Shown here: positions 34,901 to 49,900 of the stretch, piece by piece | Layout of the letters: every line of letters begins with the position of its first letter | Numbering within the stretch: position 1 is the first letter of the stretch | Assembly: GCA_964016885.1 (NCBI GenBank) | Contig: OZ024742.1 | Location: 15,500,001 to 15,564,000 of the forward strand | DNA length: 64,000 nt | Direction: 5' to 3' | Source: Eledone cirrhosa | Lineage: Eukaryota | Notes under the pieces: model-generated | The model's database searches: none | Told to the model about the DNA's origin: nothing | Seen by the model: only the letters and a program-made list of their open reading frames with translations | Made by a program: the position numbers and the translations under genes

Positions 34901-37900
34901 CACAGAGTAAAGTGTGATTATTAAAGAACCACAGAGAAATGTGTGATTATTAAAGAACCACAGAGTAAAGTGCGATTATTAAAGAACCACAGAGTAAAGT
35001 GTGATTATTAAAGAACCTCAGAGTAAAGTGTGATTATTAAAGAACCACAGAGAAATGTGTGATTATTAAAGAACCTCAGAGAAAAGTGTGATTATTAAAG
35101 AACCACAGAGAAATGTGTGATTATTAAAGAACCTCAGAGTAAAGTGTGATTATTAAAGAACCTCAGAGTGAAGTGTGATAATTACAGAACCACAGAGAAA
35201 TGTGTGATTATTAAAGAACCCCAGAGTAAAGTGCGATTATTAAGGAACCTCAGAGTAAAGTGTGATTATTAAAGAACCACAGAGTAAAGTGTGATTATTA
35301 AAGAACCTCAGAGTAAAGTGTGATTATTAAAGAACCACAGAGTAAAGTGTGATTATTAAAGAACCACAGAGAAAGGTGTGATTATTAAAGAACCACAGAG
35401 TAAAGTGTGATTATTAAAGAACCTCAGAGTAAAGTGTGATTATTAAAGAACCACAGAGTAAAGTGTGATTATTAAAGAACCACAGAGTTAAGTGTGATTA
35501 TTAAAGAACCACAGAGTAAAGTGTGATTATTAAAGTACCACAGAGTACAGTGTAATTATTAAAGAACCTCAGTGTCATGTGTGATTATTAAAGAACCACA
35601 GAGAAATGTGTGATTATTAAAGAACCACAGAGTAAAGTGCGATTATTAAAGAACCACAGAGAAATGTGTGATTATTAAAGAACCACAGAGTAAAGTGCGA
35701 TTATTAAAGAACCACAGAGAAATGTGTGATTATTAAAGAACCACAGAGTAAAGTGTGATTATTAACGAACCACAGAGTAAAGTGTGATTATTAAAGAACC
35801 TCAGAGTAAAGTGTGATTATTAAAGAACCACAGAGAAATGTGTGATTATTAAAGAACGACAGAGTAAAGTGCGATTATTAAAGAACCACAGAGTAAAGTG
35901 TGATTATTAAAGAACCTCAGAGTAAAGTGTGATTATTAAAGAACCACAGAGAAATGTGTGATTATTAAAGAACCTCAGAGAAAAGTGTGATTATTAAAGA
36001 ACCACAGAGAAATGTGTGATTATTAAACAACCTCAGAGTACAGTGTGATTATTAAAGAACCTCAGAGTAAAGTGTGATAATTAAAGAACCACAGAGAAAT
36101 GTGTGATTATTAACGAACCACAGAGTAAAGTGTGATTATTAAAGAACCACAGAGAAATGTGTGATTATTAAAGAACCTCAGAGTAAAGTGTGATTATTAA
36201 AGAACCTCAGAATAAAGTGTGATTATTAAAGAACCACAGAGTAAAGTGTGATTATTAATGAACCTCAGAGTAAAGTGTGATTATTAAAGAACCATACAGA
36301 AATGTGAGATTATTAAAGAACCACAGAGTAAAGTGTGATTATTAAAGAACCTCAGAGTAAAGTGTGATTATTAAAGAACCTCAGAGGAAAAGTGTTATTA
36401 TTAAAGAACCTCAGAGTAAAGTGTGATTATTAAAGAACCCCAGAGTAAAGTGTGATTAGTAAGGAACCTCAGAGTAAAGTGTGATTATTAAAGAACCACA
36501 GAGTAAAGTGTGATTATTAAAGAACCTCAGAGTATAGTGTGATTATTAAAAAACCACAGAGTAAAGTGTGATTATTAAAGAACCACAGAAAAATGTGTGA
36601 TTATTAAAGAACCACAGAGTAAAGTGTGATTATTAAAGAAGCTCAGAGTAAAGTGTGATTATTAAAGAACCACAGAGTAAAGTGTGATTATTAAAGAACC
36701 ACAGGGTAAAGTGTGATTATTAAAGAACAACAGAGTAAAGTGTGATTACTAAAGTACCACAGAGTACAGTGTAATTATTAAAGAACCTCAGTGTCATGTG
36801 TGATTATTAAAGAACCTCAGAGTAAAGTGTGATTATTAAAGAACCACAGAGTAAAGTGTTATTATTAAAGAACCACAGAGAAATGTGAGATTATTAAAGA
36901 CCCAGAGAGTAAAGGGTGATTATTAAAGAACCTCAGAGTAAAGTGTGATTATTAAAGAACCTCAGAGTAAAGTGTGATTATTAAAGAACCACAGAGTAAA
37001 GTGTGATTATTAAAGAACCTCAGAGTAAAGTGTTGATTATTAAAGAACCTCAGAGTAAAGTGTGATTATTAAAGGACCTCAGAGTAAAGTGTGATTATTA
37101 AAGAACCACAGAGTAAAGTGTGATTATTAAAGAACCTCAGAGTAAAGTGTGATTATTAAAGAACCACAGAGAAATGTGTGATTATTAAAGAACCACAGAG
37201 TAAAGTGTGATTATTAAAGAACCTCAGAGTAAAGTGTGATTATTAAAGAACCTCAGAGTAAAGTGTGATTATTAAAGAACCTCAGTGTCATGTGCGATTA
37301 TTAAAGAACCTCAGAGTAAAGTGTGATTATTAAAGAACCTCAGAGTAAAGTGTGATTATTAAAGAACCTCAGAGTTAAGTGTGATTATTAAAGAAACTCA
37401 GGGTAAAGTGTGATTATTAAAGTACCACAGAGTACAGTGTAATTATTAAAGAACCTCAGTGTCATGTGTGATTATTAAAGAACCTCAGAGTAAAGTGTGA
37501 TTATTAAAGAACCACAGAGTAAAGTGTTATTATTAAAGAACCACAGAGAAATGTGAGATTATTAAAGAACCACAGAGTAAAGTGTGATTATTAAAAAACC
37601 ACAGAGTAAAGTGTGATTATTAAAGAACCTCAGAGTAAAGTGTGATCATTAAAGAACCTCAGAGTAAAGTGTGATTATTAAAGAACCTCAGAGTAAAGTG
37701 TGATTATTAAAGAACCACAGAGAAATGTGTGATTATTAAAGAACCACAGAGTAAAGTGCGATTATTAAAGAACCACAGAGTAAAGTGTGATTATTAAAGA
37801 ACCTCAGAGTAAAGTGTGATTATTAAAGAACCACAGAGAAATGTGTGATTATTAAAGAACCTCAGAGAAAACTGTGATTATTAAAGAACCACAGAGAAAT

Positions 37901-40900
37901 GTGTGATTATTAAAGAACCTCAGAGTAAAGTGTGATTATTAAAGAACCTCAGAGTAAAGTGTGATAATTAAAGAACCACAGAGAAATGAGTGATTATTAA
38001 AGAACCCCAGAGTAAAGTGCGATTATTAAGGAACCTCTGAGTAAAGTGTGATTATTAAAGAACCACAGAGTAAAGTGTGATTATTAAAGAACCTCAGAGT
38101 AAAGTGTGATTATTAAAGAACCACAGAGTAAAGTGTGATTATTAAAGAACCACAGAGAAATGTGTGATTATTAAAGAACCACAGAGTAAAGTGTGATTAT
38201 TAAAGAACCACAGAGAAATGTGTGATTATTAAAGAACCACAGAGTAAAGTGCGATTATTAAAGAACCACAGAGTAAAGTGTGATTATTAAAGAACCTCAG
38301 AGTAAAGTGTGATTATTAAAGAACCACAGAGAAATGTGTGATTATTAAAGAACCTCAGAGAAAAGTGTGATTATTAAAGAACCACAGAGAAATGTGTGAT
38401 TATTAAAGAACCTCAGAGTAAAGTGTGATTATTAAAGAACCTCAGAGTGAAGTGTGATAATTACAGAACCACAGAGAAATGTGTGATTATTAAAGAACCC
38501 CAGAGTAAAGTGCGATTATTAAGGAACCTCAGAGTAAAGTGTGATTATTAAAGAACCACAGAGTAAAGTGTGATTATTAAAGAACCTCAGAGTAAAGTGT
38601 GATTATTAAAGAACCACAGAGTAAAGTGTGATTATTAAAGAACCACAGAGAAAGGTGTGATTATTAAAGAACCACAGAGTAAAGTGTGATTATTAAAGAA
38701 CCTCAGAGTAAAGTGTGATTATTAAAGAACCACAGAGTAAAGTGTGATTATTAAAGAACCACAGAGTAAAGTGTGATTATTAAAGAACCACAGAGTAAAG
38801 TGTGATTATTAAAGTACCACAGAGTACAGTGTAATTATTAAAGAACCTCAGTGTCATGTGTGATTATTAAAGAACCACAGAGAAATGTGTGATTATTAAA
38901 GAACCACAGAGTAAAGTGCGATTATTAAAGAACCACAGAGAAATGTGTGATTATTAAAGAACCACAGAGTAAAGTGCGATTATTAAAGAACCACAGAGAA
39001 ATGTGTGATTATTAAAGAACCACAGAGTAAAGTGTGATTATTAACGAACCACAGAGTAAAGTGTGATTATTAAAGAACCTCAGAGTAAAGTGTGATTATT
39101 AAAGAACCACAGAGAAATGTGTGATTATTAAAGAACGACAGAGTAAAGTGCGATTATTAAAGAACCACAGAGTAAAGTGTGATTATTAAAGAACCTCAGA
39201 GTAAAGTGTGATTATTAAAGAACCACAGAGAAATGTGTGATTATTAAAGAACCTCAGAGAAAAGTGTGATTATTAAAGAACCACAGAGAAATGTGTGATT
39301 ATTAAACAACCTCAGAGTACAGTGTGATTATTAAAGAACCTCAGAGTAAAGTGTGATAATTAAAGAACCACAGAGAAATGTGTGATTATTAACGAACCAC
39401 AGAGTAAAGTGTGATTATTAAAGAACCACAGAGAAATGTGTGATTATTAAAGAACCTCAGAGTAAAGTGTGATTATTAAAGAACCTCAGAGTAAAGTGTG
39501 ATTATTAAAGAACCTCAGAATAAAGTGTGATTATTAAAGAACCACAGAGTAAAGTGTGATTATTAATGAACCTCAGAGTAAAGTGTGATTATTAAAGAAC
39601 CATACAGAAATGTGAGATTATTAAAGAACCACAGAGTAAAGTGTGATTATTAAAGAACCTCAGAGTAAAGTGTGATTATTAAAGAACCTCAGAGGAAAAG
39701 TGTTATTATTAAAGAACCTCAGAGTAAAGTGTGATTATTAAAGAACCCCAGAGTAAAGTGTGATTATTAAGGAACCTCAGAGTAAAGTGTGATTATTAAA
39801 GAACCACAGAGTAAAGTGTGATTATTAAAGAACCTCAGAGTAAAGTGTGATTATTAAAAAACCACAGAGTAAAGTGTGATTATTAAAGAACCACAGAGAA
39901 ATGTGTGATTATTAAAGAACCACAGAGTAAAGTGTGATTATTAAAGAAGCTCAGAGTAAAGTGTGATTATTAAAGAACCACAGAGTAAAGTGTGATTATT
40001 AAAGAACCACAGAGTAAAGTGTGATTATTAAAGAACAACAGAGTAAAGTGTGATTACTAAAGTACCACAGAGTACAGTGTAATTATTAAAGAACCTCAGT
40101 GTCATGTGTGATTATTAAAGAACCTCAGAGTAAAGTGTGATTATTAAAGAACCACAGAGTAAAGTGCTATTATTAAAGAACCACAGAGTAAAGTGTGATT
40201 ATTAAAGAACCTCAGAGTAAAGTGTGATTATTAAAGAACCACAGAGTAAAGTGTGATTATTAAAGAACCACAGAGTAAAGTGTGATTATTAAAGAACCAC
40301 AGAGTAAAGTGTGATTATTAAAGTACCACAGAGTACAGTGTAATTATTAAAGAACCTCAGTGTCATGTGTGATTATTAAAGAACCTCAGAGTAAAGTGTG
40401 ATTATTAAAGAACCACAGAGTAAAGTGTTATTATTAAAGAACCACAGAGAAATGTGAGATTATTAAAGACCCAGAGAGTAAAGGGTGATTATTAAAGAAC
40501 CTCAGAGTAAAGTGTGATTATTAAAGAACCTCAGAGTAAAGTGTGATTATTAAAGAACCACAGAGTATAGTGTGATTATTAAAGAACCTCAGAGTAAAGT
40601 GTTGATTATTAAAGAACCTCAGAGTAAAGTGTGATTATTAAAGGACCTCAGAGTAAAGTGTGATTATTAAAGAACCACAGAGTAAAGTGTGATTATTAAA
40701 GAACCTCAGAGTAAAGTGTGATTATTAAAGAACCACAGAGAAATGTGTGATTATTAAAGAACCACAGAGTAAAGTGTGATTATTAAAGAACCTCAGAGTA
40801 AAGTGTGATTATTAAAGAACCTCAGAGTAAAGTGTGATTATTAAAGAACCTCAGTGTCATGTGCGATTATTAAAGAACCTCAGAGTAAAGTGTGATTATT

Positions 40901-43900
40901 AAAGAACCTCAGAGTAAAGTGTGATTATTAAAGAACCTCAGAGTTAAGTGTGATTATTAAAGAAACTCAGGGTAAAGTGTGATTATTAAAGTACCACAGA
41001 GTACAGTGTAATTATTAAAGAACCTCAGTGTCATGTGTGATTATTAAAGAACCTCAGAGTAAAGTGTGATTATTAAAGAACCACAGAGTAAAGTGTTATT
41101 ATTAAAGAACCACAGAGAAATGTGAGATTATTAAAGAACCAGAGAGTAAAGTGTGATTATTAAAAAACCACAGAGTAAAGTGTGATTATTAAAGAACCTC
41201 AGAGTAAAGTGTGATCATTAAAGAACCTCAGAGTAAAGTGTGATTATTAAAGAACCTCAGAGTAAAGTGTGATTATTAAAGAACCACAGAGAAATGTGTG
41301 ATTATTAAAGAACCACAGAGTAAAGTGCGATTATTAAAGAACCACAGAGTAAAGTGTGATTATTAAAGAACCTCAGAGTAAAGTGTGATTATTAAAGAAC
41401 CACAGAGAAATGTGTGATTATTAAAGAACCTCAGAGAAAACTGTGATTATTAAAGAACCACAGAGAAATGTGTGATTATTAAAGAACCTCAGAGTAAAGT
41501 GTGATTATTAAAGAACCTCAGAGTAAAGTGTGATAATTAAAGAACCACAGAGAAATGAGTGATTATTAAAGAACCCCAGAGTAAAGTGCGATTATTAAGG
41601 AACCTCTGAGTAAAGTGTGATTATTAAAGAACCACAGAGTAAAGTGTGATTATTAAAGAACCTCAGAGTAAAGTGTGATTATTAAAGAACCACAGAGTAA
41701 AGTGTGATTATTAAAGAACCACAGAGAAATGTGTGATTATTAAAGAACCACAGAGTAAAGTGTGATTATTAAAGAACCTCAGAGTAAAGTGTGATTATTA
41801 AAGAACCACAGAGTAAAGTGTGATTATTAAAGAACCTCAGAGTAAAGTGTGATTATTAAAGAACCACAGAGTAAAGTGTGATTATTAAAGTACCACAGAG
41901 TACAGTGTAATTATTAAAGAACCTCAGTGTCATGTGTGATTATTAAAGAACCTCAGAGTAAAGTGTGATTATTAAAGAACCACAGAGTAAAGTGTTATTA
42001 TTAAAGAACCACAGAGAAATGTGTGATTATTAAAGACCCAGAGAGTAAAGGGTGATTATTAAAGAACCTCAGAGTAAAGCGTGATTATTAAAGAACCTCA
42101 GAGTAAAGTGTGATTATTAAAGAACCACAGAGTAAAGTGTGATTATTAAAGAACCTCAGAGTAAAGTGTTGATTATTAAAGAACCTCAGAGTAAAGTGTG
42201 ATTATTAAAGAACCTCAGAGAAAAGTGTGATTATTAAAGAACCACAGAGTAAAGTGTGATTATTAAAGAACCTCAGAGTAAAGTGTGATTAATAAAGAAC
42301 CACAGAGAAATGTGTGATTATTAAAGAACCACAGAGTAAAGTGTGATTATTAAAGAACCTCAGAGTAAAGTGTGATTATTAAAGAACCTCAGAGTAAAGT
42401 GTGATTATTAAAGAACCAGTGTCATGTGCGATTATTAAAGAACCACAGAGTAAAGTGTGCTTATTAAAGAACCTCAGAGTAAAGTGTGATTATTAAAGAA
42501 CCTCAGAGTAAAGTGTGATTATTAAAGAACCTCAGAGTTAAGTGTGATTATTAAAGAAACTCAGGGTAAAGTGTGATTATTAAAGTACCACAGAGTACAG
42601 TGTAATTATTAAAGAACCTCAGTGTCATGTGTGATTATTAAAGAACCTCAGAGTAAAGTGTGATTATTAAAGAACCACAGAGTAAAGTGTTATTATTAAA
42701 GAACCACAGAGAAATGTGAGATTATTAAAGAACCACGGAGTAAAGTGTGATTATTAAAGAACCACAGAGTAAAGTGTGATTATTAAAGAACGTCAGAGTA
42801 AAGTGTTTATCATTAAAGAACCTCAGAGTAAAGTGTGATTATTAAAGAACCTCAGAGTAAAATGTGATTATTAAAGAACCACAGAGAAATGTGTGATTAT
42901 TAAAGAACCACAGAGTAAAGTGCGATTATTAAAGAACCACAGAGTAAAGTGTGATTATTAAAGAACCTCAGAGTAAAGTGTGATTATTAAAGAACCACAG
43001 AGAAATGTGTGATTATTAAAGAACCTCAAAGAAAAGTGTGATTATTAAAGAACCACAGAGAAATGTGTGATTATTAAAGAACCTCAGAGTAAAGTGTGAT
43101 TATTAAAGAACCTCAGAGTAAAGTGTGATAATTAAAGAACCACAGAGAAATGTGTGATTATTAAAGAACCACAGAGTAAAGTGTGATTAATAAAGAACCA
43201 CAGAGAAATGTGTGATTATTAACGAACCACAGAGTAAAGTGTGATTATTAAAGAACCACAGAGAAATGTGTGATTATTAAAGAACCTCAGAGTAAAGTGT
43301 GATTATTAAAGAACCTCAGAATAAAGTGTGATTATTAAAGAACCACAGAGTAAAGTGTGATTATTAATGAACCTCAGAGTAAAGTGTGATTATTAAAGAA
43401 CCACAGAGTAAAGTGTGATTATTAAAGAACCACAGAGAAATGTGTGATTATTAAAGAACCACAGAGTAAAGTGTGATTATTAAAGAACCTCAGAGTAAAG
43501 TGTGATTATTAAAGGACCACAGAGTAAAGTGGGATTATTAAAGAACCACAGAGTAAAGTGTGATTATTAAAGAACAACAGAGTAAAGTGTGATTATTAAA
43601 GTACCACAGAGTCCAGTGTAATTATTAAAGAACCCCAGTGTCATGTGTGATTATTAAAGAATCTCAGAGTAAAGTGTGATTATTAAAGAACCACAGAGTA
43701 AAGTGTTATTATTAAAGAACCACAGAGTAAAGTGTGATTATTAAAGTACCACAGAGTAAAGTGTGATTATTAAAGTACCACAGAGTACAGTGTAATTATT
43801 AAAGAACCTCAGTGTCATGTGTGATTATTAAAGAATCTCAGAGTAAAGTGTGATTATTAAAGAACCTCAGAGTAAAGTGTGATTATTAAAGAACCACAGA

Positions 43901-46900
43901 GTAAAGTGTGATTATTAAAGAACCACAGAGTAAAGTGTGATTATTAAAGTACCACAGAGTACAGTGTAATTATTAAAGAACCTCAGTGTCATGTGTGATT
44001 ATTAAAGAACCTCAGAGTAAAGTGTGATTATTAAAGAACCACAGAGTAAAGTGTTATTATTAAAGAACCACAGAGAAATGTGAGATTATTAAAGACCCAC
44101 AGAGTAAAGGGTGATTATTAAAGAACCTCAGAGCAAAGTGTAATTATTAAAGAACCTCAGAGTAAAGTGTGATTATTAAAGAACCTCAGAGTAAAGTGTG
44201 ATTATTAAAGAACCACAGAGTAAAGTGTGATTATTAAAGAACCTCAGAGTAAAGTGTTGATCATTAAAGAACCTCAGAGTAAAGTGTGATTATTAAAGAA
44301 CCTCAGAGTAAAGTGTGATTATTAAAGAACCATAGAGAAATGTGTGATTATTAAAGAACCTCAGAGTAAAGTGTGATTATTAAAGAACCATAGAGAAATG
44401 TGTGATTATTAAAGAACCTCAGAGTAAAGTGTGATTATTAAAGAACCACAGAGTAAAGTGTGATTATTAAAGAACCTCAGAGTAAAGTGTGATTATTAAA
44501 GAACCTCAGAGTAAAGTGTGATTATTAAAGAACCACAGAGTAATGTGAGATTATTAAAGAACCACAGAGTAAAGTGTGATTATCAAAGAACCTCAGAGCA
44601 AAGTGTGATTATTAAAGAACCACTGAGAAATGTGTGATTATTAAAGAACCACAGAGTAAAGTGTGATTATTAAAGAACCTCAGAGTTAAGTGTGATTATT
44701 AAAGAAACTCAGGGTAAAGTGTGATTATTAAAGTACCACAGAGTACAGTGTAATTATTAAAGAACCTCAGTGTCATGTGTGATTATTAAAGAACCTCAGA
44801 GTAAAGTGTGATTATTAAAGAACCTCAGAGTAAAGTGTGATTATTAAAGAACCTCAGAGTAAAGTGTGATTATTAAAGAACCACAGAGTAATGTGAGATT
44901 ATTAAAGAACCACAGAGTAAAGTGTGATTATTAAAGAACCTCAGAGCAAAGTGTGATTATTAAAGAACCACTGAGAAATGTGTGATTATTAAAGAACCAC
45001 AGAGTAAAGTGTGATTATTAAAGAACCTCAGAGTTAAGTGTGATTATTAAAGAAACTGAGGGTAAAGTGTGATTATTAAAGTACCACAGAGTACAGTGTT
45101 ATTATTAAAGAACCTCAGTGTCATGTGTGATTATTAAAGAACCTCAGAGTAAAGAGTGATTATTAAAGAACCACAGAGTAAAGTGTTATTATTAAAGAAC
45201 CTCAGAGCAAAGTGTGATTATTAAAGAACATCAGAGTAAAGTGTGATTATTAAAGAACCTCAGGGTAAAGTGTGATTATTAAAGAACCACAGAGTAAAGT
45301 GTGATTATTAAAGAACCTCAGAGTAAAGTGTGATTATTAAAGAACCTCAGAGTAAAGAGTGATTATTAAAGAACCACTGAGAAATGTGTGATTATTAAAG
45401 AACCACAGAGTAAAGTGTGATTATTAAAGAACCACAGAGTAAAGTGTGATTATTAAAGAACCTCAGAGTAAAGTGTGATTATTAAAGAACCACAGAGTAA
45501 AGTGTGATTATTAAAGAAGCTCAGAGTAAAGTGTGATTATTAAAGAACCTCAGAGTAAAGGGTGATTATTAAAGAACCACAGAGTAAAGTGTGATTATTA
45601 AAGAACCTCAGAGTAAAGTGTGATTATTAAAGAACCATACAGAAATGTGAGATTATTAAAGAACCACAGAGTAAAGTGTGATTATTAAAGAACCTCAGAG
45701 TAAAGTGTGATCATTAAAGAACCTCAGAGTAAAGTGTGATTATTAAAGAACCTCAGAGTAAAGTGTGATTATTAAAGAACCACAGAGAAATGTGTGATTA
45801 TTAAAGAACCACAGAGTAAAGTGCGATTATTAAAGAACCACAGAGTAAAGTGTGATTATTAAAGAACCTCAGAGTAAAGTGTGATCATTAAAGAACCTCA
45901 GAGTAAAGTGTGATTATTAAAGAACCTCAGAGTAAAGTGTGATTATTAAAGAACCACAGAGAAATGTGTGATTATTAAAGAACCACAGAGTAAAGTGCGA
46001 TTATTAAAGAACCACAGAGTAAAGTGTGATTATTAAAGAACCTCAGAGTAAAGTGTGATTATTAAAGAACCACAGAGAAATGTGTGATTATTAAAGAACC
46101 TCAGAGAAAACTGTGATTATTAAAGAACCACAGAGAAATGTGTGATTATTAAAGAACCTCAGAGTAAAGTGTGATTATTAAAGAACCTCAGAGTAAAGTG
46201 TGATAATTAAAGAACCACAGAGAAATGAGTGATTATTAAAGAACCCCAGAGTAAAGTGCGATTATTAAGGACCCTCAGAGTAAAGTGTGATTATTAAAGA
46301 ACCACAGAGTAAAGTGTGATTATTAAAGAACCTCAGAGTAAAGTGTGATTATTAAAGAACCACAGAGTAAAGTGTGATTATTAAAGAACCACAGAGAAAT
46401 GTGTGATTATTAAAGAACCACAGAGTAAAGTGTGATTATTAAAGAACCTCAGAGTAAAGTGTGATTATTAAAGAACCACAGAGTAAAGTGTGATTATTAA
46501 AGAACCACAGAGTAAAGTGTGATTATTAAAGAACCACAGAGTAAAGTGTGATTATTAAAGTACCACAGAGTACAGTGTAATTATTAAAGAACCTCAGTGT
46601 CATGTGTGATTATTAAAGAACCTCAGAGTAAAGTGTGATTATTAAAGAACCACAGAGTAAAGTGTTATTATTAAAGAACCACAGAGAAATGTGTGATTAT
46701 TAAAGACCCAGAGAGTAAAGGGTGATTATTAAAGAACCTCAGAGTAAAGCGTGATTATTAAAGAACCTCAGAGTAAAGTGTGATTATTAAAGAACCACAG
46801 AGTAAAGTGTGATTATTAAAGAACCTCAGAGTAAAGTGTTGATTATTAAAGAACCTCAGAGTAAAGTGTGATTATTAAAGAACCTCAGAGTAAAGTGTGA

Positions 46901-49900
46901 TTATTAAAGAACCACAGAGTAAAGTGTGATTATTAAAGAACCTCAGAGTAAAGTGTGATTATTAAAGAACCACAGAGAAATGTGTGATTATTAAAGAACC
47001 ACAGAGTAAAGTGTGATTATTAAAGAACCTCAGAGTAAAGTGTGATTATTAAAGAACCTCAGAGTAAAGTGTGATTATTAAAGAACCAGTGTCATGTGCG
47101 ATTATTAAAGAACCACAGAGTAAAGTGTGATTATTAAAGAACCTCAGAGTAAAGTGTGATTATTAAAGAACCTCAGAGTAAAGTGTGATTATTAAAGAAC
47201 CTCAGAGTTAAGTGTGATTATTAAAGAAACTCAGGGTAAAGTGTGATTATTAAAGTACCACAGAGTACAGTGTAATTATTAAAGAACCTCAGTGTCATGT
47301 GTGATTATTAAAGAACCTCAGAGTAAAGTGTGATTATTAAAGAACCACAGAGTAAAGTGTTATTATTAAAGAACCACAGAGAAATGTGAGATTATTAAAG
47401 AACCACGGAGTAAAGTGTGATTATTAAAGAACCACAGAGTAAAGTGTGATTATTAAAGAACCTCAGAGTAAAGTGTTTATCATTAAAGAACCTCAGAGTA
47501 AAGTGTGATTATTAAAGAACCTCAGAGTAAAATGTGATTATTAAAGAACCACAGAGAAATGTGTGATTATTAAAGAACCACAGAGTAAAGTGCGATTATT
47601 AAAGAACCACAGAGTAAAGTGTGATTATTAAAGAACCTCAGAGTAAAGTGTGATTATTAAAGAACCACAGAGAAATGTGTGATTATTAAAGAACCTCAAA
47701 GAAAAGTGTGATTATTAAAGAACCACAGAGAAATGTGTGATTATTAAAGAACCTCAGAGTAAAGTGTGATTATTAAAGAACCTCAGAGTAAAGTGTGATA
47801 ATTAAAGAACCACAGAGAAATGTGTGATTATTAAAGAACCACAGAGTAAAGTGTGATTAATAAAGAACCACAGAGAAATGTGTGATTATTAACGAACCAC
47901 AGAGTAAAGTGTGATTATTAAAGAACCACAGAGAAATGTGTGATTATTAAAGAACCTCAGAGTAAAGTGTGATTATTAAAGAACCTCAGAATAAAGTGTG
48001 ATTATTAAAGAACCACAGAGTAAAGTGTGATTATTAATGAACCTCAGAGTAAAGTGTGATTATTAAAGAACCACAGAGTAAAGTGTGATTATTAAAGAAC
48101 CACAGAGAAATGTGTGATTATTAAAGAACCACAGAGTAAAGTGTGATTATTAAAGAACCTCAGAGTAAAGTGTGATTATTAAAGGACCACAGAGTAAAGT
48201 GGGATTATTAAAGAACCACAGAGTAAAGTGTGATTATTAAAGAACAACAGAGTAAAGTGTGATTATTAAAGTACCACAGAGTCCAGTGTAATTATTAAAG
48301 AACCCCAGTGTCATGTGTGATTATTAAAGAATCTCAGAGTAAAGTGTGATTATTAAAGAACCACAGAGTAAAGTGTTATTATTAAAGAACCACAGAGTAA
48401 AGTGTGATTATTAAAGTACCACAGAGTAAAGTGTGATTATTAAAGTACCACAGAGTACAGTGTAATTATTAAAGAACCTCAGTGTCATGTGTGATTATTA
48501 AAGAATCTCAGAGTAAAGTGTGATTATTAAAGAACCTCAGAGTAAAGTGTGATTATTAAAGAACCACAGAGTAAAGTGTGATTATTAAAGAACCACAGAG
48601 TAAAGTGTGATTATTAAAGTACCACAGAGTACAGTGTAATTATTAAAGAACCTCAGTGTCATGTGTGATTATTAAAGAACCTCAGAGTAAAGTGTGATTA
48701 TTAAAGAACCACAGAGTAAAGTGTTATTATTAAAGAACCACAGAGAAATGTGAGATTATTAAAGACCCACAGAGTAAAGGGTGATTATTAAAGAACCTCA
48801 GAGCAAAGTGTAATTATTAAAGAACCTCAGAGTAAAGTGTGATTATTAAAGAACCTCAGAGTAAAGTGTGATTATTAAAGAACCACAGAGTAAAGTGTGA
48901 TTATTAAAGAACCTCAGAGTAAAGTGTTGATCATTAAAGAACCTCAGAGTAAAGTGTGATTATTAAAGAACCTCAGAGTAAAGTGTGATTATTAAAGAAC
49001 CATAGAGAAATGTGTGATTATTAAAGAACCTCAGAGTAAAGTGTGATTATTAAAGAACCATAGAGAAATGTGTGATTATTAAAGAACCTCAGAGTAAAGT
49101 GTGATTATTAAAGAACCACAGAGTAAAGTGTGATTATTAAAGAACCTCAGAGTAAAGTGTGATTATTAAAGAACCTCAGAGTAAAGTGTGATTATTAAAG
49201 AACCACAGAGTAATGTGAGATTATTAAAGAACCACAGAGTAAAGTGTGATTATCAAAGAACCTCAGAGCAAAGTGTGATTATTAAAGAACCACTGAGAAA
49301 TGTGTGATTATTAAAGAACCACAGAGTAAAGTGTGATTATTAAAGAACCTCAGAGTTAAGTGTGATTATTAAAGAAACTCAGGGTAAAGTGTGATTATTA
49401 AAGTACCACAGAGTACAGTGTAATTATTAAAGAACCTCAGTGTCATGTGTGATTATTAAAGAACCTCAGAGTAAAGTGTGATTATTAAAGAACCTCAGAG
49501 TAAAGTGTGATTATTAAAGAACCTCAGAGTAAAGTGTGATTATTAAAGAACCACAGAGTAATGTGAGATTATTAAAGAACCACAGAGTAAAGTGTGATTA
49601 TTAAAGAACCTCAGAGCAAAGTGTGATTATTAAAGAACCACTGAGAAATGTGTGATTATTAAAGAACCACAGAGTAAAGTGTGATTATTAAAGAACCTCA
49701 GAGTTAAGTGTGATTATTAAAGAAACTGAGGGTAAAGTGTGATTATTAAAGTACCACAGAGTACAGTGTTATTATTAAAGAACCTCAGTGTCATGTGTGA
49801 TTATTAAAGAACCTCAGAGTAAAGTGTGATTATTAAAGAACCACAGAGTAAAGTGTTATTATTAAAGAACCTCAGAGCAAAGTGTGATTATTAAAGAACA